64,000 bases of DNA. It comes from an uncultured bacterium (GTDB taxonomy: Bacteria; Krumholzibacteriota; Krumholzibacteriia; JACNKJ01). Location: assembly GCA_963695095.1 (NCBI GenBank), contig CAVOFT010000001.1, positions 256,001 through 320,000 on the forward strand, in the 5' to 3' direction. The notes below the pieces were generated by a model. It saw only the letters and a program-made list of their open reading frames with translations. It was not told the origin of the DNA and ran no database searches. Positions within the stretch are counted from its first letter, which is position 1, and each line of letters opens with the position of its first letter. The position numbers and the translations under genes were made by a program. Of this stretch, positions 42,592 to 51,826 are shown piece after piece.

Positions 42592-43374
42592 ATGAGACCG
42601 CTAATCAAGTCCCTGCTCGCCGCCACGCTCTTGCTGGCGCTGGTGGGTTCGATGGCCCTGGCGACGCCGGCAATCGACAGCGCCGTCTTCAATCTGCGCG
42701 TCTTCAACGACTGCCCGACGTCGATGCTGACGACGGTGAACAACTACGCGAGCCTGATCAGCATCAACGATGCGCAGCTCGATTGCGCCGGCTGGGCGAA
42801 CCTGCACAACTGGCATCTCGCCACCGGCGGCGTCGCCGGCGTGTTCATGAACGGCGATGCCTTCATCCTCAGCTTCGATCTGCGCATCACGGGCACCGCC
42901 GATGGCGAAGCGGGCGTGCTCGTCGCGCCCTGGTGGAGCCAGAATGTCGACGGCCGCTTCAACGTGCGCAGCACGGATGGCGAAATCGCCTGCTTCGGCG
43001 GCCGGCTGCCCTTCTACAGCTTCACGGGCAGCCACGGGCTGGCCTACACGAAGGGCGATCTGATCACCCTGACGGTGGCCTACTCGCCCAACGATCTGAG
43101 CGAGGCGAGCCCCGCCACGATCGAGTACATCGTGGACTACAACGGCGGCAACTACAGCTCCGGCCCGCTGCCCTTCGACGAGGGCAATCCCACGGAGCCC
43201 TACGGCAACTGGGGCATGCTCGACGACGCGCGCGTCGGCGGCTACGTGCAGGCCTTCCTGCAGAACGGCAACCCCGAGGCCGAACTGACCGCCGAATGGA
43301 CCAACATCGAGTTCCTGGACACTTCGGTGGCCACGGAGGACACGAACTGGAGCCGGGTGAAGTCCCTGTACTAG
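42592..43374 (+). CDS. Secreted beta-rich hypothetical protein with the C-terminal tail NWSRVKSLY
   Basis: RBS CAGGAGG, signal peptide (ALA-T), aromatic/Asn-rich body, ends VATEDTNWSRVKSLY. Confidence 0.8.
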   Translation: MRPLIKSLLAATLLLALVGSMALATPAIDSAVFNLRVFNDCPTSMLTTVNNYASLISINDAQLDCAGWANLHNWHLATGGVAGVFMNGDAFILSFDLRITGTADGEAGVLVAPWWSQNVDGRFNVRSTDGEIACFGGRLPFYSFTGSHGLAYTKGDLITLTVAYSPNDLSEASPATIEYIVDYNGGNYSSGPLPFDEGNPTEPYGNWGMLDDARVGGYVQAFLQNGNPEAELTAEWTNIEFLDTSVATEDTNWSRVKSLY

Positions 43375-43401
43375 GCGATTATCGAGCGCAAAGCGAACCT
43401 G

Positions 43402-43439
43402 GATAGCCCCGGAGCCGATGCTTCGGGGCTATCGCTTTG
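43402..43439. terminator. Intrinsic terminator, probably bidirectional
   Basis: GATAGCCCCGGAGC-CGAT-GCTTCGGGGCTATC stem followed by GCTTTG, between convergent genes. Confidence 0.7.
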
Positions 43440-43444
43440 TCGGC

Positions 43445-44269
43445 TCACGCGCGACGGAGCGCGCGGCCGGCCAGGGTGCTGAGCAGGTAGACGCCGCCGG
43501 CCAGCAGGATGATCGTCGCCCCGGCCGGCAGATCCGGTCCGTAGCTGAGGGCGAGTCCGCCCGTGCAGATCAGCGCGCCGAGCAGGACGGCGATCAGCAT
43601 CATGCGGCTGAGCGAGTTCACGTACTGGGCGGCCACGGCCGCCGGCAGCGTGAGCAGGGCGATGACGAGGATGAGCCCGACCACCTGGATCAGCAGCACC
43701 ACGGTGATGGCGATCAGGCAGAGCAGGAGCAGGTAGAAGCCCGTGACGTGCACGCCGCGCAGGCGGGCGAACTCCTCGTCGAAGGCGACGGCGACGAGCT
43801 GCTTGTAGAAGGCGGCCACGGTGAGGAGGAGCAGCAGGTCGAGGGCGATCATCAGGCGCAGGTGGCCGTCGGTCACCATGAGGATGTTGCCGAACAGGGC
43901 GCTCATGAGGTCCACGTTGTAGCCGGGCGTGCGCGCGATGAAGAGGATGCCCACCGCCATGCCCACGGACCAGAGGGCGCCGATCAGGGTGTCCTCGCGC
44001 TCGCGGGCCTTCAGGCGCACCGCGCCGATGAGCAAGGCGGCGGCGAGGGCGGCGATCAGGGCGCCGGCGAGGGGCGGGGCCCCGAAGTAGGCCGCGGCGC
44101 CCATGCCGCCGAGCACCGCGTGCGCGATGCCGCCGGCCAGGAAGGTGATGCGCTTGACGACGACGAAGGGGCCCATCACGCCGCAGCCCACGCTGGCCAG
44201 GAGCCCCGCCGCGAGGGCGTGCTGCAGGAAGCCCTGGGCGGCGAGGGCGGCGAAGAACTCCGGCATCAT
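43445..44269 (-). CDS. znuB: Zn/Mn ABC permease
   Basis: GIAHAVLGG, ALFGNIL, FDEEFARLRG, VVGLILVIALLTLPA. Confidence 0.9.
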   Translation of the reverse strand: MMPEFFAALAAQGFLQHALAAGLLASVGCGVMGPFVVVKRITFLAGGIAHAVLGGMGAAAYFGAPPLAGALIAALAAALLIGAVRLKAREREDTLIGALWSVGMAVGILFIARTPGYNVDLMSALFGNILMVTDGHLRLMIALDLLLLLTVAAFYKQLVAVAFDEEFARLRGVHVTGFYLLLLCLIAITVVLLIQVVGLILVIALLTLPAAVAAQYVNSLSRMMLIAVLLGALICTGGLALSYGPDLPAGATIILLAGGVYLLSTLAGRALRRA

Positions 44270-45081
44270 GGCCGCCCTCCGGCGCCAGCGCCGGGCGGCC
44301 GCGTATCGCCGGGATCCAGGTGCGTGTGGTGATGGATGATCTGCGCCGGGCCGCCGTACATCTCGGCGATGATCTCCCCGCTCAGCGCGCTGGTCTCATG
44401 GCAGACGAGCCGCCGGTTGAGGCAGGCCACGCGGCCCACGTAGCCCGAGATGAAGCCGACGTCGTGGGAGACCACGACGATGGTCAGCTCGCGGTTCAGG
44501 TCGCGCAGCAGATCGAAGAGACTGGACTCCACCCGGGCGTCCACGTTGGCCGTGGGCTCGTCGAGCAGGAGCACGCGCGGCGCGCAGGCCAGGGCCCGGG
44601 CGATGAGCACGCGCTGGAGCTGGCCGCCGGAGAGCGTGGCCAGCGGGCGCTCGGCGAGATCGGCCATCGACACGGCGGCGAGGGCGCGGAGAGCGACGGC
44701 GTGGTCCTCGCGGCGCCAGCCGAAGAGCCGGCGCGTCTGGCCGAGGCGGCCTTGCATCACCGCACGCTGTACCGAGATGGGAAAGTCGCTGGCGAAGCTG
44801 CGGAACTGGGGCACGTAGCCGAGCAGGGCGCGGGCCTCGCGCGGCCGGCGCCCGAAGACGCGCACGCTGCCGCGCTCGGGTTCGAGCAGGCCGAGCACGA
44901 GCTTGAGCAGGGTGCTCTTGCCGCCGCCGTTGGGCCCCACCAGGCCCAGGAACTCACCCGCGGCCACCTCGAGGTTCACGTCCTCCAGCACGGCGGGTCG
45001 CCGCGCGTCGCCGCCGTAGCGGAACTGCACCTGGCGCAGCGCGATGGCAGGCGTCGCGGCGGCGGCCATGGCCCCGCTCAC
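44266..45081 (-). CDS. znuC: Zn/Mn ABC ATP-binding protein
   Basis: [24 protein letters not shown], His-rich tail. Confidence 0.9.
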   Translation of the reverse strand: MSGAMAAAATPAIALRQVQFRYGGDARRPAVLEDVNLEVAAGEFLGLVGPNGGGKSTLLKLVLGLLEPERGSVRVFGRRPREARALLGYVPQFRSFASDFPISVQRAVMQGRLGQTRRLFGWRREDHAVALRALAAVSMADLAERPLATLSGGQLQRVLIARALACAPRVLLLDEPTANVDARVESSLFDLLRDLNRELTIVVVSHDVGFISGYVGRVACLNRRLVCHETSALSGEIIAEMYGGPAQIIHHHTHLDPGDTRPPGAGAGGRP

Positions 45082-45971
45082 GGCCGGCTCCGGAGCGCCT
45101 CGGCGATGAGCCGCGCCGAGCGGCGCAGGTTCTCCACGTAGTCCGGCGCCAGGGGGTCGAGCGCGATCACGCGCCCGCCCACCGCCTCGGCCACCGCCTG
45201 GGCGCTGGCCGTGGCCGCCTGCTGCTGCACGAAGACCACGCGAATTCCCTCCGCCTTGGCCCGTGCGATGATGCCGGCCAGGGAGCGAGCGCCGGGCTCC
45301 TTGCCCTCGTGCTCGATGGCCACCTGCTCGAGCCCGTAGGCGGCGGCGAAGTAGCCCCAGGAGGGGTGAAAGACCAGGAAGCGCCGGCCCTCGAGGCCCG
45401 CGAGGAGGCCTCTGATCTCCGCATCGAGCGCGGCCAGCTCGGCGGCGAAGCGCGCGGCGCCGGCCTGGTAGTCGGCGGCGTGGGGGGGATCCGCCGCCGC
45501 CAGCGCCGCCGCCAGGGGCGGCAGCAGGCGGGCGACGAGCAGGGGATCCGTCCAGACGTGCGGATCGAGCTCGCCAGTGGGCTCCGGAGCGCGGGGCTCC
45601 GCGTGCGCATGGCCGATCAGGGGCAGCGGGGCGATGCCGGCCGCGGCCAGCAAGTCCAGCACCGGCAGACCCGGATGCGCGGCCTCGAGACGCGGCAACC
45701 AGGCTCGCTCGAAGGGCACGCCGATGGGCAGGATGAGGTCCGCCTCGGCCAGGGCCGCCATTTGCCGCGGGGTGGGCTCGTAGGTGTGGATGTTGCGGCC
45801 CGGGCCGACGAGCACCGCCACCGTCACGAGCTCGCCGCCCACCGCCTCGACGATGGCCCGCTGAGGCAGCAGGCTCACGACCACGCGCAGGGGAGCTGCC
45901 GCCACCCGCTCCGCGGGGAGCCCGAGCGCCAGGACGACCAGCGCGCAGCCGGCGGCGCGGCGCGGGCTCAT
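45078..45971 (-). CDS. znuA: Zn ABC substrate-binding protein
   Basis: HTYEPTP, DPHVWTDP, FHPSWGYF, EGKEP, LDPL; start ATG at 45971. Confidence 0.9.
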   Translation of the reverse strand: MSPRRAAGCALVVLALGLPAERVAAAPLRVVVSLLPQRAIVEAVGGELVTVAVLVGPGRNIHTYEPTPRQMAALAEADLILPIGVPFERAWLPRLEAAHPGLPVLDLLAAAGIAPLPLIGHAHAEPRAPEPTGELDPHVWTDPLLVARLLPPLAAALAAADPPHAADYQAGAARFAAELAALDAEIRGLLAGLEGRRFLVFHPSWGYFAAAYGLEQVAIEHEGKEPGARSLAGIIARAKAEGIRVVFVQQQAATASAQAVAEAVGGRVIALDPLAPDYVENLRRSARLIAEALRSRP

Positions 45972-46348
45972 CGTGCCCCTCCCTGACAGCCTGCGCACAG
46001 GCCCATCAAGTAGAACTCGTGCTCCTCGACGAGAAACCCCGCCGGCGCCAGGCGCTCGAAATCCCCCGGACAGGCGGCCAGCTCGTAGACCGCCGCGCAG
46101 CGCCGGCAGCGGAAGTGGTGGTGATGCGCCTTGCCGGCCAGCTCGTAGCGGCTGGGCTCGCCGGGCAGGGCGACTTCCCGCAGGGCCCCGTCGGCCAGCA
46201 GACCGGCCAGGTGCCGGTAGACCGTGGCGATGCCCAGGGCCGGCAGCGCTTGCCCGGCCTCGCTGAGGATCTCGCGCGGGGACAGGGGCCGATCGGCCTG
46301 CTCGAGCGCGGCCAGGACGGCATCTCGCTGGCGGGTACGGCGCTGCAG
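45968..46348 (-). CDS. Fur/Zur-family regulator
   Basis: RTRQRDAV, LGIATVYRHL, HHHHFRCRRC, and a terminal CAGC; probable start is the CTG at 46348 after RBS GGAGGT. Confidence 0.85.
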   Translation of the reverse strand: MQRRTRQRDAVLAALEQADRPLSPREILSEAGQALPALGIATVYRHLAGLLADGALREVALPGEPSRYELAGKAHHHHFRCRRCAAVYELAACPGDFERLAPAGFLVEEHEFYLMGLCAGCQGGAR

Positions 46349-46374
46349 GGTCCACCTCCAGGGTCTGGAGCGTC

Positions 46375-46398
46375 CTATTGATAGCGAGATCTCATTAG
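46375..46398. promoter_or_regulatory. Candidate Fur/Zur box
   Basis: AT-rich imperfect inverted repeat CTATTGATA-GCGAGA-TCTCATTAG just upstream of the fur/zur-znu operon. Confidence 0.5.
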
Positions 46399-46803
46399 AA
46401 ATCAAGGGCGTGGCCAAAGAAAATGCCCGGGCCAGGGGGCTCGGGCATCGTCAGGGCCGCCCGGAGAAGTAGTGGTGGCGTTCCGGGGGCGTGTCGACGC
46501 CGCGAGTCTGGCCAAGGGAGACAAGATATGCAAGAAATAAACAGCGTTAACTGAATTTCAGGCCCGCCCTGCGGCTTCGGTCCCCCAGGCTCCATCGCCA
46601 GGCAGATCGTCTCAGGCCGTCCATGGCAGGGTTCATGCAATCGATGCGCCTTGCGCAGCCTCCCCGGGTTCGCAGGCGCCCCAGGCTGCCCGGCAGCGGT
46701 TCCAGGCCCCAGGCGGAAGGCCGCCGCATGCCGCATTACAGCGTGAAATGGTTCAAGCGGGCGCAAATTGCGCCCGACTACTGGACTAGCAATAGGAGAG
46801 CGC

Positions 46804-48000
46804 ATGGAGCTGGCTGTCCTTCTCGCCCTGGGCCTGCTGCTGCTCATCCTGCTCGCCGTCGCTCTGGCGTCAGCGTTCCAGGAGGCGGCGAGGGCCCGGT
46901 CCGCGCCGGCGCGCAGGCCGGTGGCCGAGCGAGCGCCCGCCGGGCGCAAGCCGACCGCCGCCGTCGAGAGCGCTCCCCGCGAGGAGCGGCCCAGCCCGCC
47001 CGAGGCCCCGCCCAGCCTCATCGATAGCTGGCGCTTCCAGCCCGCCCCGGCCGACTTCCGCTGCTTCGACGACGAGGCCCCGGACGCCGACGACATGAGC
47101 GACATCATGGCCCAGGCGGACAGCATCGCCGGCCGGCTCAAGGCGCGCCAGCAGATCATGTCGGGGGTGGCCGGCTCGGAGTTCAATCCCAAGCAGGTGA
47201 CCGAGCTCGTACTGAGCGACCCGGCCCTGGCCGGCCTGGTGCTGCGCATCGTGAACTCGGCCTACTACGGGCTGGGGCAGAAGATCGGTTCCGTCTTCAG
47301 GGCCGTCGTCTACCTGGGCCATGTCGAGGTGCGCAACATCATCTGGCGCGCCTGCGTGAACGAAGGGCTCGGCAGCGGGGACCGCGCGGTGCAGGCGCTG
47401 CTGGACGGCCTCTGGCAGCACTCCTTCGCCTCCAGCAAGGTGGCCTTCGCCATCGCGAAGAACCGCGGCATGGCCGAACCCGACAAGGTCTCCACGATGG
47501 CCCTGCTGCACGACATCGGCAAGCTGATCTGTCTCAACGTGTGGCCGGACCGCGCCAAGCGGCTCTACTACCCGGTGCAGTTCAGCGACCGCAGCGTGCT
47601 GGAGGAGGAGATGCGCCTGGGCGCGCGGCACGCGCGACTGGGCGCCGCGGTGGCCGAGGCCTGGGGCCTGCCGAACGAAAGCCTGCAGGTGATCCGCAAC
47701 CACCATGCGCCGAGCTACGTCTCGATCAGCCAGGTGGATCCTGGCCACCGCCGCCCCTTGGCCGTGGTTCACATGGCCGATCTCTTCGTGCATGCGGTCA
47801 CGCCTGCGCCCGTGGACCAGGAGTTCGCGCCGATCTACCAGCCGCAGGAGAGCTGGCTGCAGCTCCTGGGCGTCGATACCGTCGAGCAGCTCTGCACGAA
47901 CGAGGTCGAGGCGGCCCTGCCGCGCCTGCGCCTGGTCCACCTGCCGCAGATGGCCCCCGAGGGTCTCGGTGAGCGGCAGGAGCAATCCACGGTGGACTGA
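46804..48000 (+). CDS. Membrane-anchored HDOD-domain protein
   Basis: N-terminal TM segment; SDPALAGLVLRIVNSAYYG, LWQHS, LLHDIGKL, WGLP...IRNHH. Confidence 0.88.
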   Translation: MELAVLLALGLLLLILLAVALASAFQEAARARSAPARRPVAERAPAGRKPTAAVESAPREERPSPPEAPPSLIDSWRFQPAPADFRCFDDEAPDADDMSDIMAQADSIAGRLKARQQIMSGVAGSEFNPKQVTELVLSDPALAGLVLRIVNSAYYGLGQKIGSVFRAVVYLGHVEVRNIIWRACVNEGLGSGDRAVQALLDGLWQHSFASSKVAFAIAKNRGMAEPDKVSTMALLHDIGKLICLNVWPDRAKRLYYPVQFSDRSVLEEEMRLGARHARLGAAVAEAWGLPNESLQVIRNHHAPSYVSISQVDPGHRRPLAVVHMADLFVHAVTPAPVDQEFAPIYQPQESWLQLLGVDTVEQLCTNEVEAALPRLRLVHLPQMAPEGLGERQEQSTVD

Positions 48001-48065
48001 GCAGCCCCCTTCGCCTACCTTGACCTGCGCCCCCTCGCTGCCACCCCCCCCGCGGGAGTGACTGC

Positions 48066-48689
48066 ATGCCCGACTCTGCGCCGCCGCCCGGCTGGCAAGC
48101 GGCCCTCGGCCGCCTGCACGCAGGCAACCAGCGCTACCAGGCCTTTCGTCAAGCCCACCCGCGGCTCGACCCCGAATGGCGGGCCGAGCTGCAGGGCGGG
48201 CAGCGCCCCTTCGCCGCTATCCTCGGCTGTGCGGATTCACGGGTGCCGCCCGAGCACGTCTTCGACCAGGGCCTGGGCGACCTCTTCGTCGTGCGCGTGG
48301 CCGGCCACGTGCTCGACGGTGCGGTGCTGGGCAGCATCGAGTTCGCGGTGCTGCAGCTCGGCGTGCGCCTCGTCCTGGTGCTGGGTCACGAGAACTGTGG
48401 AGCCATCGAGGCCACCCTGGCCGGGGCAAAGCTCTCCGGCCATCTGGCCCAGATCACGCGGGGTATCGAGCCGGCCCTGGCGGCGCTCGTCGCCCGCGGC
48501 GAGCTGCCCGCGGAGCGGGGCGCGCGCATGAACGCGGTCGCCCGCGCCAACGCCCGGCAGGTGGCCGCCACGCTGCGCGCATCCTGGCCGCAATTGAGCC
48601 GCCCCAAGGACGAGGGACTCCTCAAAGTGCTGCCCGCCTTCTATCATCTGAGCACGGGCGCCGTGGAGTTCATGGACCCGGAGCCCTGA
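48066..48689 (+). CDS. Beta-class carbonic anhydrase
   Basis: GCADSRV, DLFVVRVAG, LGHENCGA zinc ligands. Confidence 0.92.
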   Translation: MPDSAPPPGWQAALGRLHAGNQRYQAFRQAHPRLDPEWRAELQGGQRPFAAILGCADSRVPPEHVFDQGLGDLFVVRVAGHVLDGAVLGSIEFAVLQLGVRLVLVLGHENCGAIEATLAGAKLSGHLAQITRGIEPALAALVARGELPAERGARMNAVARANARQVAATLRASWPQLSRPKDEGLLKVLPAFYHLSTGAVEFMDPEP

Positions 48690-48903
48690 GCCCGCGTCGG
48701 GTCATCGACCCGTCACAGCGATGCCGGGATCCCGGGCAAAGCTGCCCGCTTTCTGCATTCTCGGCGAAATACAGGCCGGTAATGCCTGGGCAGCGAAACC
48801 TCCCCGCGCTATCCTCGCTAGGTTCCGGGCTGGGCCGACAGGGGTCGGCCCAGCCCGCGCGTCGGGGCGCAGCCAAAGCCCCGATTACCCGATCGACGAG
48901 GAG

Positions 48904-50841
48904 ATGACGATGACCAGGCAGCTCGTGTCCGCCTGCCTGCTCGCACTGTCGGTGGCGATGGTGACGGGCTGCGGCGGCAAGAAGGAGGAGCAGGCCCCCT
49001 TGATCGCCATGCAGGACTTCTTCCGCAACCCGGAGCAGACCTCCTACCAGCTCTCCCCCGACGGCCGGCACCTGGCCTGGCTGCAGCCCTGGCAGGGGCG
49101 CCTCAACGTCCACGTGCGGGCGATCGGCAGCGACGAGGTGACCCGGGTGACCGCCGCCACGGCGCGGGACATCTTCGGCTACGGCTGGGCGAACAACAGC
49201 CGCATCGTCTACATCCAGGATACCGGCGGCGATGAGAACCACCACGCCTACGCCGCCAACCTGGACGGCAGCAACTTCCTCGACCTGACGCCCTTCGCGG
49301 CCGTGCAGACGCGCTTCGTCGACATCCTCGAGGACGATGACGAGCACATGCTGATCGGGCTCAACCGGCGCGACGCGCGAATCCACGACGTCTATCGCGT
49401 GAACGTGAACACGGGCGAGCTGGTGATGGTGGCCGAGAACCCGGGCAACATCATGGGGTGGAACACGGACAACGCCGGCCGCATCCGTGTCGCCAGCACC
49501 ACCGACGGCGTAAACAGCAGCCTTCTCTATCGCGAGAACGAGAACGAGCCCTTCCGCACGGTGATCACCACGAACTTCAAGGAGACGCTGGCGCCGCTCT
49601 ACTTCACCTTCGACGACCAGCTGCTCTACGTGGCCTCCAACATCGGGCGCGACAAGACGGCCATCTTCACCTACGACCCGCGCACGGCCGAGCAGAAGGA
49701 GCTGATCTACGAGCATCCCGAGGTGGACGTGGAGAACCTGATGCGCTCGCGGCACCGCAAGGTGATCACCGGCGTCGCCTTCTTCACGGACAAGCGCGGC
49801 TACAAGTTCTTCGACCAGGACCGCGAGCAGCTTCAGGCGCGGCTGGAGCGCGAGCTGACGGGCGTGGAGGTCTCGGTGGCGAGCATGAGCAAGGACGAAC
49901 GCCGCGTTCTCGTGCGCACCTTCAGCGACAAGACCCGCGGCGCCTACTACTACCTCGATCGCGACACGGACAAGCTCGAGAAGCTGGTGGACGTGAGTCC
50001 CTGGCTGGACCCGACCGCGATGGCGGACATGAAGCCCATCCAGTACACCAGCCGCGACGGCCTCACCATTCACGGCTATCTGACCCTGCCCCGCGGCATC
50101 GCCGCCAAGAATCTGCCCGTCGTGGTGAACCCGCACGGCGGCCCCTGGGCGCGCGACTACTGGGGCTTCAACCCCGAGATCCAGTTCCTGGCCAACCGCG
50201 GCTATGCGGTGCTGCAGATGAACTTCCGCGGCTCCACCGGCTACGGCAAGGAGTTCTGGACGAAGAGCTTCAAGCAGTGGGGCGGCACGATGCAGGACGA
50301 CGTCACCGACGGCGTCAAGTGGCTGATCAGCCAGGGCATCGCCGATCCGGACCGCATCGGCATCTACGGCGGCTCCTACGGCGGCTATGCGACCCTGGCC
50401 GGCGTCACCTTCACGCCGGATCTCTACGCCTGCGCCGTCGACTACGTGGGCGTCTCGAACATCTTCACCTGGATGGAGGCCTTCCCGCCCTACTGGGAAC
50501 CCTTCATCGCCATGGTCAAGGAGATGGTGGGCGACCCGGCGACGGAGCCGGACTTCATCCGCTCCATCTCGCCCTTCTTCCACGTGGACAAGATCGAGGT
50601 GCCCATGCTCGTGGCCCAGGGCGCCAACGATCCCCGCGTGAAGAAGGAGGAGAGCGACCAGATCGTCGCGGCGCTCCGGGCGCGCGGCATCGAGGTGGAG
50701 TACATCGTCAAGGACAACGAGGGCCACGGCTTCGCGAACGAGGAGAACCGCTTCGAGTTCTACGGCGCGATGGAGAAGTTCCTCGGCCAGCACCTGGGCG
50801 GTTCGGTGGCCAAGGTGCCGCCGCCCGGCGACGAGAGCTGA
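48904..50841 (+). CDS. S9-family serine peptidase lipoprotein
   Basis: Lipobox MVTGC; PHGGP, NFRGSTGYG, GGSYGG (Ser), NDPRV (Asp), EGHGF (His). Confidence 0.93.
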   Translation: MTMTRQLVSACLLALSVAMVTGCGGKKEEQAPLIAMQDFFRNPEQTSYQLSPDGRHLAWLQPWQGRLNVHVRAIGSDEVTRVTAATARDIFGYGWANNSRIVYIQDTGGDENHHAYAANLDGSNFLDLTPFAAVQTRFVDILEDDDEHMLIGLNRRDARIHDVYRVNVNTGELVMVAENPGNIMGWNTDNAGRIRVASTTDGVNSSLLYRENENEPFRTVITTNFKETLAPLYFTFDDQLLYVASNIGRDKTAIFTYDPRTAEQKELIYEHPEVDVENLMRSRHRKVITGVAFFTDKRGYKFFDQDREQLQARLERELTGVEVSVASMSKDERRVLVRTFSDKTRGAYYYLDRDTDKLEKLVDVSPWLDPTAMADMKPIQYTSRDGLTIHGYLTLPRGIAAKNLPVVVNPHGGPWARDYWGFNPEIQFLANRGYAVLQMNFRGSTGYGKEFWTKSFKQWGGTMQDDVTDGVKWLISQGIADPDRIGIYGGSYGGYATLAGVTFTPDLYACAVDYVGVSNIFTWMEAFPPYWEPFIAMVKEMVGDPATEPDFIRSISPFFHVDKIEVPMLVAQGANDPRVKKEESDQIVAALRARGIEVEYIVKDNEGHGFANEENRFEFYGAMEKFLGQHLGGSVAKVPPPGDES

Positions 50842-50897
50842 GCGCGCCTGCGGCCCGCCCGCGGCCTGCCCATGGCGAGGATGACGGCTATCGCCAG

Positions 50898-50925
50898 GCC
50901 CCCGCCCTTCGGCGGGGGCTTTTTT
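50898..50925 (+). terminator. Rho-independent terminator
   Basis: GCCCCCGCC-CTTC-GGCGGGGGC followed by T6. Confidence 0.85.
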
Positions 50926-51085
50926 CAGGGGCCTGAGCTGTTGCCTCGGTCCGCGGAGCTGCGAAGGCACACAATCCTGCATGGTGCTAATAGGGAGCAG
51001 TACGCTCTCTACTGCCACAGTCTTGACACCCTATCATGTGCGGCAACTCCGGCATCCTGCCTCCATGCTTGGACTGCCGGCGATC

Positions 51086-51568
51086 TCAACCGGCGCCAGG
51101 GTGCGCCGGGGACTTCTTCTGGAGGAAGTAGACGATCGTTTGGATAGGGATCATCAGGATCGCAAAGGGTAGCCGAAGGAGAAGGCCGAAGACGAAGCCG
51201 AAGATAGTGCTTAGGAACCCGCCCTTGCCCTTCTTCTCGTCGTCTTCCGCCATTCCGAAACCCATCTCCAGTCCCCTGTGAAAGCAGGCCTTGAACTGGA
51301 TTCCCGCATAGACAAGCGGAGACACATGCCAGGATCGTCCGCATCCCGGGCGATGCACGACCCGCCCGAGGAAATGGGGCTTGAAGCGCCCGGCCTCGGA
51401 GCACTGCGGGCAGCTGGAGCCGACAAAATCACGGGTGGCAAAGATGAGGGCTCCCGAGTCCCCCTCCGCCTCAAGCGCAAGTCTAAATTCACGATGGCGT
51501 TCCATAGAAATGAAGTCACTCTGTTCCAAATACTCATAAACCTGGGACTCTTTAGCTGTCATGGCCAT
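51086..51568 (-). CDS. Hypothetical protein with a Zn-ribbon-like motif and a C-terminal TM segment (atypical composition)
   Basis: RBS AGGAGG; CPQC...HRPGC; hydrophobic tail; visibly more A/T than flanking genes. Confidence 0.6.
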   Translation of the reverse strand: MAMTAKESQVYEYLEQSDFISMERHREFRLALEAEGDSGALIFATRDFVGSSCPQCSEAGRFKPHFLGRVVHRPGCGRSWHVSPLVYAGIQFKACFHRGLEMGFGMAEDDEKKGKGGFLSTIFGFVFGLLLRLPFAILMIPIQTIVYFLQKKSPAHPGAG

Positions 51569-51826
51569 GTACACCCTCCTTCACCTATACTGTCCAGCCA
51601 CCTGGGACCACCACTGATCCAGCCTGGGGCGCCTCGGACAGTACGAGCGCGCGCGCTAAACATCAAGCTGTTGCTAGCAAGTCGCGAGTAGTGTTGCTTC
51701 ACGAGCGTGAGAGATAGTGCACGCATTGACGAATGAGAGGCTGATCGACGATTGCACGCGCGTGCAGCTTGTTGCCAGCAGTGCCGCGCCGCCACACAAA
51801 GGCCCGTACCTACCACCCGGCTGGCA

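Noticed and set aside
45078..46355. 425-aa extended ZnuA
   Set aside because: The first 128 codons overlap the fur/zur gene in another frame; the signal peptide begins at 45971.
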